A stretch of DNA of 52,046 nt from Octopus sinensis (Eukaryota): the NCBI RefSeq assembly GCF_006345805.1, contig NW_021834256.1, forward strand, positions 1-52,046, given 5' to 3'. The translations under genes were made by a program, and so were the position numbers. Below the pieces are notes generated by a model that was not told the origin of the DNA, searched no databases, and saw nothing but the letters and a program-made list of their open reading frames with translations. This document shows positions 11,818 to 23,586 of this stretch, in pieces (position 1 is the stretch's first letter; each line of letters starts with the position of its first letter).

Positions 11818-14800
11818 ATATATTATATATATATAGGTGTAGGAGTGGCTGTGTGGTAAGTAGCTTGTTTACCAACTACATGGTTCTGGGTTCAGTCCCA
11901 CTGCGTGGTACCTTGGGCAAGTGTCTTCTACTATAGCCCCGGGCCGACCAAAGCCTTGTGAGTGGATTTGATAGATGGAAACTAAAAGAAGCCCGTCGTA
12001 TATATGTATATATATATATATATATATGCATGTGTGTGTTTGTGTGTCTGTGTTTGTCCCCCCTAGCATTGCTTGACAACCGATGCTGGTGTGTTTATGT
12101 CCCCCGTTACCTAGCAGTTCGGCAAAAGAGACCGATAGAATAAGTACTGGGCTTACAAAAGAATAAGTCCTCGGGTCGAGTTGCTTGATTAAAGGCGGTG
12201 CTCCAGCATGGCCGCAGTCAAATGACTGAAACAAGTAAAAGAGTATACAACAGAGATAGATATAAAGATGATCTTACCATCTTCAGCTCCGGGTGCTGGT
12301 TTACTGTACATAGCATTGAGTGGGAATCCACTTTCTCCAGGAACCGGATAATTCTTCAGTGCCAATGTATACATCTCCTTCTGGGCTGCATTTTTGGAAC
12401 TACACTATAATGGAATAACGATATATACCTTTACACGTTCAGCATAACATTGTCAGTGAGTAGGATGTGATTTTGGGCATCAAAGGTTTATGACCCCAAG
12501 TTACAAATAATAAATGTTGGATCTTTTCGGTTTGAACGGCAGTTTTTTCTAGCGGTGTCATATGAAATTGTCACCCATAATTATGACCCTAGAATCGATC
12601 TATTGCATTTCAATCTGTTTTAGGGTTAGGGTTAGATTTAGGGTTTGTGTTAGGGGTGGGGGAAAGGGTATCTTTTTTCCTTCAGAAATGTAAATAAACC
12701 TAATCTGTTTCTTAAACGAGGGACACATTCATATGGCACAGAATGTTTTTTTTACCTCAATAGACGGCATTGATTGGTTGAATTTGCAGAAAAAAAAACA
12801 ACAAATATTGTACAAATTATAGAATTTTCTCAATAAAGCCAAGAGAAAAAGATATTTAATAAACACATTCTTCCAGTATACGAAGTTTAAAAAATTTTTT
12901 AGTTACCTAGAAATTATGTTAAAAACTGCCGTTCAAACAGAAAAGATCCCAAATGTTTCATTCTTTAGTATTCGGATTTCCTTGCTTATTTATTCACATT
13001 TTATTAAATTAGTGATGACACGCAAATTTGTGAAGCGTTCCATATTTTAAAATCAAATTCGATGACTGGCATCCGTGCTAGTGGAGCGCTAAGAACACCA
13101 TCCGAGCATGATTGTTGCCAGTGTGTCTAACTGGGTTCTGTGCCAGTGACATGTAAAAGGCACCATTCGAGTGTGATTGTTACCAGCGTCGCCTTACTGG
13201 CACTTGTGCCCGTACTAGGGTGCCAAGAGCACCATCCGAGTGTGATCGTTGCCAGAGCAGCTAACTGGCTTCCGTGCCAGTGACACATAAAAGGCACCAT
13301 TCGAGTGTGATCGTTACCAGCGTCGCCTTACTGGCACTTGATCCGCTGGTCCAGGCACTGAGATCTGTTGTAGCCGTCATTGGCTTGTTCCACCATTGGG
13401 GTTTTTAAGGGTCGGTTGCACTTAATCAGGGCCCTCGTTTTCAACCTTGCCACCAAGAGGCATGTTAGCAAGCAAAAAAGAAGATAGGCAGGTAAGTATG
13501 TAGAGAGACAAACAGATAGATATGACGATATGTATGCAGGTAGGTAATTTGCATAGCAACGAGAAATAACTCAGAGAGGCCAAGGGTATGTAAATAGGTA
13601 AAAGACGATAGACAGGTAAGTAAATAGACAGAAAGATAAGGTGTGCAGGCAGGTAAGATGGGAGGTAGGAAAAGTAGGTAGTATATGTTGATAGACAGGA
13701 AGGAAGGTAATCTGCATAGTTTAAACAGAAATGAGAGTCCAGGCATTTGCAGGCAGGTAGGAAAGAAGACGGACAGGTAAATAAGAAGACAGGTATGAAG
13801 ATGTGTGGATAGGAAAGATAGTAGATAGAGGTGGGTGGGAAAGTATGTAATTTGCATAATTTAAACAGAAATTATGCAGGCATGTAGGAAAGACGGACAG
13901 GTAAGTAAGGAGACAGATATGGAGATGTGTAGATAGAGGTAGGTGGGAAAGTATTTAATTTGTACAATTTAATTAAAAACGAGTCAAGAGAAATAACTCA
14001 GAAGGGCCAGGGTCATGTAGTTAGGTAGAAAAGAAGACAGAAAGGTAAAGGTAAGTAGGTAGACAGATCAATACAAAGGTGAGCAGGTAGGTAAGACTGA
14101 CAGGTAGGTTGGTTGGTGTTCCACTTACTTTCTGCAGTTTCTTGAGACATTCCGTGATGTAAAGTGTGATGTAGATTAACGTACGGTCGCAATCGTTCTG
14201 AAAAGAGAGAAGAGAAAGAAACAATTAAGAACAGGTACTCGTAATCTGGTACAAGATACCTTTAGCGTCCTAACACCTGGCAGAGAATCATCAGCTATCC
14301 TCCCCCTTTCAACACAGGACCTGGTGAGCCACAGAGCTGCAAATTACCCACCATCCTACCTATCTACATATACTACCAATTGTCACTCTATTATCTTACA
14401 TACCTATTTCTTTACTACCCACAAGGGGCTAAACATAGAGGGGACAAACAAGGACAGACAAAAGGATTAAGTCGATTACATCGACACCAGTGCGTAACTG
14501 GTGCTTAATTTATCGACCCCGAAAGGGTGAAAGGCAAAGTCGACCTCGGCGGAATTTGAACTCAGAACGTAATGGCAGACAAAATACCTATTTCTTTACT
14601 ACCCACAAGGGGCTAAACATAGAGAGACAAACAAGGACAGACAAACGGATTACATCAATTATATCGATCCCAGTGCGCAACTGGTACTTAATTTATCGAC
14701 CCAGAAAGGTTGAAAGGCAAAGTCGACCTCGGCGGAATTTGAACTCAGAACGTAGTGGCAGACAAAATACTGCCCGGTGTGCTAACGTTTCTGCCAGCTT

Positions 14801-17800
14801 GCCGAAGAGGCCAAGGAACAGAAGAAAGAAGACATGCACCCAACACCAGAGCTGAAGACACTTCCGAAGGGGGGGGGGGCACGTCAAAACGGTAGAGGAG
14901 TAGGGGGCTGAAACTGGACGTGGTTCCTCCTGATGATGTCTTGAGCTAACTGGATCCTATAAAGGAGCTGTTGTGGTAGCCGACCACGAAACACGGTTGA
15001 AATTCCTCCAAAATCATTCTATAGAAATCATACCAAAGTAGATATTGGAGCTTGGGGGTCGTTCTCTGGTTGGTTGTTTGTTTCCTGTTGGATTGTTGAA
15101 CCTACACCAGCCTGGAAAAAGGCAAGTGTCTTCTCCTGTAGCCTACTATGGAAGTATAGTCTGTTCCAACAGAACATTCACGTTTAAGTGGGGATGAATA
15201 TTACCTTTTGGTATTGATACTGCCTCTGTCACAAATAAATGTTTTTTAACAAGGAGACACAAGGAGATAACAAATCAAGCACTGTCATATACTCACCTTT
15301 ATTTCGAAGTTTCTGAAGAAAATATTGGCTTTGAAGTAATATATCGCTTCATCGATGATATCCTGTGTTGTTTCATCAACTACAAGAAGAGAGAAAGATA
15401 AGATATACAGCAACTGAAGAAGTGCAAGGAATAAATGATGATGGGTTTGTTCTTCCATCCTTTTTTTGAAAGACAACATTTACTTATCATTTGCATATCT
15501 ATAAATGTGTTTGGTGTCCATCACAAGAAGAATAACTTCTCCTGTGACATACACAGCAGAGACTTGCATATTTTGTATTTGAACCTGGCTAGACATCATC
15601 ATCACCATCATCATCGATTAACATCTGTTTTCCATGCTAGCATGGGTTGGACGGTTCAACAGGGGTCTGGGAAGCCAGGAGGCTGCACCAGGCCTAGTCT
15701 GATCTGGCAGTGTTTCTACAGCTGGATGCCCTTCCAAACGCCAACCACTCCGCGAGTGTAGTAGGTGCTTTTTATGTGCCAGGGGAGTCTGGCAGCGGCC
15801 ACGATCGGTTGACGCTTTTAATGTGCCACCGGAATGGAAGCCAGTCGAGGCAGTGCTGGCATCAGCCACGTTCAGATGGTGCTTTTTACGTGCCACCGGC
15901 ACAGGTGCCAGTGGAGTCTGGCAGCGGCCACGATTGGTTGGTGCTTTTAACGTGCCACCGGCACGGAAGCCAGTCGAGGCAGCGCTGGTATCGGCACGTT
16001 CAGATGGTGCTTTTTATGTGCCATTTGAACAAGTGCCAGGGGAGTCTGGCAGCGACCACGATCGGTTGGTGCTTTTTACGTGCCACCAGCACAGAAGGTT
16101 AAGAATAAATATCTTGTTGTCTTTTACTTGTTTCAGTTATTTGACTGCGGCCATACCTATTGTATTGGTCTCATTTTGCAGAACTGCTAACTTACAGGGA
16201 TATAAACACACCGACAGAAGTTATCAAGCGGTGAGTGGCCAATGCCAGCGTCGAGTAACCGGCACCCGTGTTGGTGGCGTGTAAAGGGCACCCTTTGAAC
16301 AATGGTCCTCACGGAGACAGTGCCAAGTGACCAAAACCTTGAGAAGACCCGTCAAGCCAAATGAGATCATAGCTGTGGCCATTTGATGTGACCAGATGAA
16401 ACAATCTCTGATTCGATTCCATTTTTGCGCACATATTGACTCTCTCTTTTACTTGTTTCAGTCGTTTGACTGCGGCCATGCTGGAGCACCACCTTTAATC
16501 GAGCAACTCAACCCTGGGACTTATTCTTTGTAAGCCCAGTACTTATTCTATCGGTCTCTTTTGCCGAACCGCTAAGTGACGGGGATGTAAACACAACAGC
16601 ATCGGTTGTCAAGTAATGCTAGGGGGACAAACACAGACATACAAACACACACACATATATACGACGGGCTTCTTTCAGTTTCCGTCTACCAAATCCACTC
16701 ACAAGGCTTTGGTCGGCCCAAGGCTATAGTAGAAGATACTTGCCCAAGGTGCCACGCAGTGGGACTGAACCCAGGACCATGTGGTTGGTAAACAAGCTAC
16801 TTACCACACAGCCACTCCTGCGACTGTCAAAACAAGATGTAAAACTTACCCTCTTTAGGGGCTGGTCCTTTGTACTGTGTCTTGATGGGAAGCAGAGCCA
16901 TATTAGCCAGGCTCTTGTTGAGGCTGATACCGGAATGGTAGGCCTGAAAGAGAAATGATAATAATAAGAAGAGGAAGAAAAGCAAAAAAGATCATAAAAA
17001 AAGAGGAAGAAAAACAAAGACGATAGAATCCCTTAAAGTTTGAAATAGGAAGAATTTGGGGCATGTGAACAGTAAAGGTCATCATCATCATCATCACTTA
17101 ACGTCCGCTTTCCATGCTAGCATGGGTTGGACGATTTTGACTGAGGGCTGGAGAACCAGATGGCTGCACCAGGCTCCAATCTTGATCTGGCAGAGTTTCT
17201 ACAGCTGGGTGCCCTTCCTAATGCCAACCACTCCGAGAGTGTAGTGGGTGCTTTTTACGCGCCACCAGCACGGGGGCCAGTCAGGCGGTACTGGCAACGA
17301 CCTCACTCGAATCTTTTTACACATGCCACCAGCACAGGTGCCAGTAAGGCGACGCTGGTAATGATCACGTTCGAATCGTGCCTTTTACGTGCCACCGACA
17401 CAGAGGCCAGTTGGCTGCTCTGGCAATGATCACGATCAGATGGTTATCTTGGCACCCTACTAGCACAGGCACAAGTGCCAGTAAGGTGATGATGGTAACG
17501 ATCACACTCAAATGGCGCCTTTTATGTGCCACTGGCATGGAAGCCGGTTATCCGCTAATGTAGTCCTAGACGTACCATGTCTGAATAAAAGACAGGATGG
17601 TCACAGCTGGAACACTTAACCCTTTTGCATTTAAACTGATCGTATCTGGTCCAAATATTCTCCTTCTTCTCTGTTCAAACCAGCGAGATCTGGCCTCTCC
17701 CTCCTAACCTACAATGTCACTCTAAAACTAAACAATCACAGGAGTCTAGGACTACATTAGCGGCTAATCTGAATGCTAAAGGGTGAGGCAGTGCTCCAGT

Positions 17801-20800
17801 ATGGCCACAGTGAATGAGTGAAACCAGAAACAGGATGGAAGAATCCATTTGTGTATTGTGTTGCTTATGTGGAATTGAATGTGTGCGAGAGAGAAAGAGA
17901 GAGACAAACAGACAGAGAATGGAAACATGGTGAAATTTGAACTGTTACAATGATATCCAGATGTGATGACCAATCCCTTAGTAAGTATTATAATTACTAG
18001 GAGGAATGACTACTTCCCCCACCACCACACCACCATCATTACCAATGACTACATCATAAAAAAACCATTGCTGCCAACACCACCACCACCGTTTGTTCCA
18101 CTTAAAAACAATAGGATGCAATTAACAAGGTCATCATTACTACTACTACTACTACTAGAACAATTGTGGAGGTGCAATGGCCCAGTGGTTAGGGCAGCAG
18201 ACTCGCGGTCGTAGGATCGCGGTTTCGATTCCCAGACCGGGCATTGTGAGTGTTTATTGAGCGAAAACACCTAAAAGCTCCACGAGGCTCCGGCAGGGGA
18301 TGGTGGTGATCCCTGCTGTACTCTTTCACCACAACTTTCTCTCACTCTTACTTCCTGTTTCTGTTGTACCTGTATTTCAAAGGGCCGGCCTTGTCACTCT
18401 CTGTGTCACGCTGAATATCCCCGAGAACTACGTTAAGGGTACACGTGTCTGTGGAGTGCTCAGCCACTTACACGTTAATTTCACGAGCAGGCTGTTCCGT
18501 TGATTCGGATCAACCGGAACCCTCATCGTCGTAACCGACGGAGTGCTTCCACTAGAACAATCACTTGTGTATAATGAACAAACTGATAGGAGTATCACAA
18601 GGGAGTATCTTGTTTTAGGTTTTTGTGCGTGAGAGAGACAGAGAGAGTAAAGCTCTACTTTGTAATTTGTCCGGTCTAAGTTTACATCTTGACTGACAGA
18701 AAGATGTAAACATCTTTAAAAGATGTAAGTGCATTTTCTTCTTCTTTCTCTCTTCCTTCTTTCTTTCCTTCCCGGATCTTTTACCTTTTGACCGGCAGAT
18801 TTAGAAAATAACTTTTTGTAAGTAAACACTTTCAAACATTCAAATCTGAACGACTCCACTAGAGCGGACGCAAGCGCTAATATATGATTTATAACAACAT
18901 GTGACATCATCATCGTTTAACGTCCGTCCTCCATGCTAGCATGGGTTGGACGGTTCGACCGGGGATCTGGGAAGCCAGAAGGCTGCACCAGGCTCCAGTC
19001 TTATCTGGCAATGTTTCTACAGCTGGATGCCCTTCCTGACGCCAACCAATCTGTAAATATAAAACCATCCAGATTTCTGAGTACCTTATTTCTTCTAATA
19101 TTACCTTTTGACTGACAGATTTAGAAAATAACTTTTTGTAACTAAACACTTTCAAACATTCAAATCTGAAGACTCCGCTAGAGCGGATGCAAGCGCTAAT
19201 ATATGATTTATAACAACATGTGACATATTAATAATAAAAATCTGTAAATATAAAACCATCCAGATTTCTGAGTACCTTATTTCTTCTAATATTCTCTTTT
19301 ACTCTTTTACTTGTTTCAGTCATTTGACTGCGGCCATGCTGGAGCACCGCCTTTAATCGAGCAAATCAACCCCGGGACTTATTCTTTTGTAAGCCCAGTA
19401 CTTATTTTATCGGTCTCTTGTGTTGAACCGCTAAGTAACGGGGATATAAACACACCAGCATTGGTTGTCAAGCAATGCTAGGGGGACAAACACAGACACG
19501 CATATGTATACATATATACGACGGGCTTCTTTCGTTTCCGTCTACCAAATCCATTCACAAGGCTTTGGTGGGCCTGAGGCTACAGTAGAAGACACTTGCC
19601 CTAGGTGCCACGCAGTGAGACTGAAACCGGAACCATGTGGTTGGTAAACAAGCTACTTACATCACAGCACTCCCGCGCCTAGAGATATATATATTCATCA
19701 TCATCATCATTTAACGTCCGCTTCCATGCTAGCATGGGTTGGACGGTTCAACTGGGGTCTGTGAAGCCAGAAGGCTGCATCAGGCCCAGTCTGATCTGGC
19801 AGTGTTTCTACGGCTGGATGCCCTTCCTAATGCCAACCACTCCGTGAGTGTAGTGGGTGCTTTTTACGTGCCACCAGCACAGGTGCCAGACGGAGCTGAC
19901 AGACGGCCACAGATGGATGGTGCTTTTTACATGCCACCGGCACGGGGGCCAGGCGAGGCTGGCAAACGGCCACGGATTGACGGTGCTTTTTACGTGCCAC
20001 CAGCACGGGGGGCTAGGCGAGGCTGGCAACGGCCACGAACGGATGGTGCTTTTTACGTGCCACCGGCACGGGGGCCAGGCGAGGCTGGCAAACGGCCACG
20101 GATGGACGGTGCTTTTTACGTGCCACCAGCACGGGGGGCTAGGCGAGGCTGGCAACGGCCACGAACGGATGATGCTTTTTACGTGCCACCGGCACGGGGG
20201 CCAGGCGAGGCTGGCAAACGGCCACGGATGGACTGTGCTTTTTACGTGCCACCGGCACGGGTGCCTGGCGGGGCTGGCAACGACCGTTATTTCGCTGTTT
20301 GTTCCAAGAGCATGTTCCAGCTGAATGGCGCCTATTCATTGATTCATCTAAGAGAAGCCTCAAGGCAGTACTACTACTACACAACGGCAATAAGAAACCA
20401 TCCATTTCCATAGGACATTCAGTGCACATGAAAGGGTGTTATGAAAACATGCAAAGTACTCCTCAATGCCATAAAGTATACAAACTACAGCTGGAAAATA
20501 TGTGGAGACTTGGAGGTGATTGGAACGTTGATGGGAAGGGAATCTGGGTTCACGGAATATTGTTGCTTTCTATGCCTATGGGACAGTCGTGCAATTAACA
20601 AGAACTATGTGCAATCAGAGTGGCCTTAGCGAAAATTATATCAGCCGGGAGTGTCTAGCGTCCAGAGTAAGCCACTTTTAAACCCAGAAAATGTTCTTCT
20701 TTCCCCTCTTTACATAAAGCTTGGTCTCATGAAACAATTCGTGAAAAGCTAAAAAGGTTTTGAATGTGAAGGCCAAATTTCCAAAAACCACCGAGGCAAA

Positions 20801-22102
20801 ACTGAAGGAGGGCGTATTCGTAGGTCCGCAAATAAAAGAAGGAGGGCGTATTCATAGATCCGCAGATAAAAGAACTCCTGAAGGACAACCACTTCCTCAC
20901 AGCACTGGATGAGATTGAGCTTAAAGCCTGGGAATCCTTCAAATGGCTCTGAAAATTTCCCAAGCAACAAGAGATCTCTAAGAGTTTAGAAATGGAGTGA
21001 AATGTCTTCTAAACTCCTACGCTGCAATGGGCTGTCGGATGTCACTAAAAGTCCGTTTCCTTGATTCGTATCTGGACTTTTTTTGCAGAGAACCTTGGAG
21101 CAGTGTCTGATGAGCAAGGGGAATGCTTTCATCAAGATATTACATCGATGGAACAACGATATCAAGGATTTGGGAATGCAGGAATGTTAGGGATGAACCT
21201 TAGACAAAACAACATAGAATGTCTAAATCCCAAAGATTTTAAGTTGCTATGCATTTAAGCGTATTCTAACTTATTTGTACACAATAATTTTAATTTTGTA
21301 CAATAAAAAGCCATGAAATTATCGTATCTTGTATTCAATATGCTTTACGTGTCCTATGAGTTAAAACAGCAGGTATAATTAATATGAAAATGTGACCTGA
21401 TAGAGGAAATCAGACTTTAGATTCGTAATCAGCATAAAAAATTAACTCAGAAAAGTCAATTAGCAACTCTGATTATTAAAAAGAAATGTCATTTCGTTGA
21501 CCAGTGTAACATAATTAAAGAAATATATAATCAATCTATTCTCCTTGAAATTTTGCTCCAGTATGGCCACAGACATTGGACTGAAACATATAAAAGAATA
21601 ACAAGAATTGTTAGTATTTATTTTTTTTTAATAGGATAGGTAGTCGTTTGGTTGTAGGATCGACTAGTCACGACTAGCTAGAACGGATGCGACAGTACGC
21701 GACTGCGCGCACCGGAACAACTTTTCTTAAATAGCTCCGGATTATTTTCCAGAATCTGAAATGTCCACAGCCTAAAACGTGGGGATTCCGTGTAAAAAAA
21801 AAAACCGAAATAATTTATAAAGGGGGAGGATTTCTTTAACATCTCCACCATGTGGGCTATCTACTAGATAGAGAAAACAGGGGGGGATCACCCCCTCTTA
21901 CTAACCTACTACCCGCCACCCTGTCACGATGTTCCGTCCTCGACAAGATAAATGGAATTCTAGATACAGACTGAATATAAATACAGACTAGGAGTGGAAG
22001 GAACGTTTTCGAACCTGGTTCTGGTGGATATGAGGGTAAAATTACCGATATGAGTGGTAAGCTTGGGGGATCAAGCGATAATGGTAATTTACTTACAGGC
22101 AT
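8621..22102 (-). CDS. ARPC3: Actin-related protein 2/3 complex subunit 3 (p21-Arc), whole gene: join(22097-22102,16850-16943,15297-15379,14129-14197,12278-12404,10403-10497,8621-8683)
   Basis: Exon lengths 6+94+83+69+127+95+63=537 nt give 178 aa plus TAG. All introns are GT-AG with matching phases. Protein MPAYHS...[17 protein letters not shown]...[22 protein letters not shown]...[20 protein letters not shown]...[15 protein letters not shown] is the ARPC3 family sequence. Confidence 0.97.
8792..9110 (-). mobile_element. SINE family C (tRNA head TGGCTCAGTGGTTAGAG...GAATCCC, CORE/V-like centre, (TTA)n tail)
   Basis: tRNA A and B boxes followed by GTTGTGTTCTTGAGCAAGACACTT. Confidence 0.75.
10403..10497 (-). 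CDS. ARPC3: ARPC3 coding exon 6
   Basis: ttccag|(E)[31 protein letters not shown]|gtaaga. Confidence 0.97.
10863..11143. mobile_element. piggyBac-like MITE; a related end lies at about 49485-49545 in reverse orientation
   Basis: TTAA|CCCTTTCGTTACTATA ... TATAGAAAATGGG|TTAT. Confidence 0.45.
11836..12243 (+). mobile_element. SINE family A (tRNA-like head, microsatellite spacer, Nin/Deu-like core, AAAAGAGT tail)
   Basis: A-box TGGCTGTGTGGT and B-box GGTTCAGTCCC. Other + copies at about 5815-6197, 11574-11740, 32341-32728, 34688-35081, 37060-37450, 48400-48783 and 51955-52046. Confidence 0.85.
12278..12404 (-). CDS. ARPC3: ARPC3 coding exon 5
   Basis: ttatag|[42 protein letters not shown]+G|gtaaga. 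Confidence 0.96.
12519..12949. mobile_element. MITE with GGATCTTTTCGGTTTGAACGGCAG TIRs and internal (TTAGGG)-like repeats
   Basis: About 28-bp TIRs. Flanks TAAATGTT and CAAATGTT (7 of 8 match). Confidence 0.75.
14129..14197 (-). CDS. ARPC3: ARPC3 coding exon 4
   Basis: tttcag|[23 protein letters not shown]|gtaagt. Confidence 0.97.
15297..15379 (-). CDS. ARPC3: ARPC3 coding exon 3
   Basis: cttgtag|(V)[27 protein letters not shown]|gtgagt. Confidence 0.97.
15596..16095 (-). mobile_element. RTE-type 3' UTR copy in ARPC3 intron 2
   Basis: (CAT)n then TTAACATCTGTTTTCCATGCTAGCATGGG... and GTGCTTTTTACGTGCCACC units. Confidence 0.8.
16850..16943 (-). CDS. ARPC3: ARPC3 coding exon 2
   Basis: tttcag|[31 protein letters not shown]+G|gtaagt. 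Confidence 0.95.
17620..17783. mobile_element. piggyBac-like MITE
   Basis: TTAA|CCCTTTTGCATTTAAA ... TCTGAATGCTAAAGGG. Right TSD is degenerate. Confidence 0.55.
18168..18550 (+). mobile_element. SINE family D (tRNA head TGGCCCAGTGGTTAGGGCAG...TTCGATTCCC); 5' part also at 11197-11395 (-)
   Basis: A and B boxes; two homologous copies in the window. Confidence 0.75.
19700..20285 (-). mobile_element. RTE-type 3' UTR copy with 7 internal 63-bp units
   Basis: TTTTTAC anchors at 19861, 19924, 19987, 20050, 20113, 20176 and 20239. Confidence 0.8.
20290..21506 (+). mobile_element. Decayed, 5'-truncated Chapaev3-like (CMC/Transib-related) DDE DNA transposon
   Basis: Across frameshifts: [110 protein letters not shown]. 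The right end is ...TTCGTTGACCAGTG (CACTG-type TIR). The superfamily name is from recall. Confidence 0.7.
22097..22102 (-). CDS. ARPC3: ARPC3 coding exon 1 (MP)
   Basis: Minus strand reads ATG CCT|GTAAGT. Phase 0 fits exon 2 and supplies the MP N-terminus. Confidence 0.85.
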
Positions 22103-23586
22103 TGTGTCTCGTCTGTGTTGACTGTCTTGTCAGGTTTATAATAAACTAGGGCGGTTCAGTAGGACTCGGAATTTAAATCAGTTGTGGCCTAGATAGAGGT
22201 GAAAGCAGAGGAAAAAATCCGAACCATTAGAAGCCACAGAAAAGACTGATAATGTGAGATGTGAGGAGGAAATCGTAATTTTGAAGAAGGAAGGGGAGGA
22301 GATTGGAATATTAAAGGTGGGCGGAGGGAAATAGGGGAAGACATGTAGGAATATAGAGTGAGTGTGAGGGAGAGAGAAGATATAGTAAAGTTAGTGAGAG
22401 AGTGGGCAGGGAGAAATGTATTGAAAGTAGGGAAGGAGGTAGGAATGTATAGCGAGGGGGAGAGAAGAACAAGGTTAAAGAGAAGATAGAGTAAAGCTAG
22501 TGAGAGAGGGGTAGAGAGAAGCGAAGAACATATAGGAATATATAGTGAGGGGGATAGAAGAAAAGGCTAGAGAGAAGATACAGTGAAGGGGAAAAGGAGG
22601 AGGCGCGCGCACAGACACTCACACTCGTACACTTCGACTACATTCCTTTCCCTCTCTCAATACCGTTGCCACATTCCCTCCTTTCAGTGTGCTCCTCCAA
22701 CGTAATCTTCCCCTCTCACTTATCCTCAATCATTACCACTGAGAGAGAAAAATGAGGAAGAAAGATATAGAGAAAGAGAGATACACATAGTTGTAAGAGA
22801 AGAAAGAGTGGGAGGACGAGGAAGATAAGCTACACGATATATATATATATATATGTATTTCTTTACTACTCACAAGGGGCCAAACACAGAGGGGACAAAT
22901 AAGGACAAAGGGATTAAGTCGATTATATCGACCCTAGTGCGTAACTGGTACTGAATTTATCGACCCCGAAAGGATGAAAGGCAAAGTCGACCTCGGCGGA
23001 ATTTGAACTCAGAACGTAACGGCAGACGAAATACCTATTTCTTTACTACCCACAAGGGGCTAAACACAGAGAGGACAAACAAGGACAGACATAGGTATTA
23101 AGTCGATTATATCGACCCCAGTGTGTAACTGTTACTTAATTTATCGACCCTGAAAGGATGAAAGGCAAAGTCGACCTCGGCGGAATTTGAACTCAGAACG
23201 TAGCGGCAGACGAAATACTGCTTAGCATTTCGCCCGGCGTGCTGCCGTTTCTGCCAGCTCGCTAATCGTTCGTTCGGCTGTTACACTTAAGTTAGAGAGG
23301 CGGCGGTGCTTGAGAGAGAGGAATGAATGTTGATTAAGCGAAGAAAGAATGATAATTACTCTGAGGCCAAATGCATCGCGTGGTCAGTGGAAGGGTGGCG
23401 AAGAACGAGAGAAAAAGGCGGTGGGAAGAAGAAAAGAGAAGTGTTAATGCCGTTCTGTAGAGTAAGAAGGGTGATAAGGCAGATAAAAGAAAGTCGGACA
23501 GGAGAAGCAGTTAGAAGCAGATAATGTTCATATTGTCAGCAGGACTGAATTGGAACAAAATCAGCTTTGTTACTGAATACTATGGC

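Noticed and set aside
12620-12660. TTAGGG-like repeats (also 36497-36545 and 39350-39378)
   Set aside because: Short, degenerate and inside MITEs or next to a LINE. No evidence of a chromosome end or fusion site.
13060-13340. Degenerate tandem units resembling the RTE 3' UTR array (reverse copy about 17300-17540)
   Set aside because: Most likely an older subfamily of the same repeat. Boundaries are too unclear to report separately.
17776-17973. GYHC-containing ORF considered as ARPC3 exon 2
   Set aside because: The real exon 2 at 16850-16943 has correct splice sites, phase and homology.
19739-20413. 224-aa repetitive ORF ([11 protein letters not shown] repeats) and similar ORFs at 1525-2175, 4712-5224 and 43243-43737
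   Set aside because: They arise from 63-bp and 67-bp tandem units in the RTE 3' UTR. Multiple frames on both strands are open.
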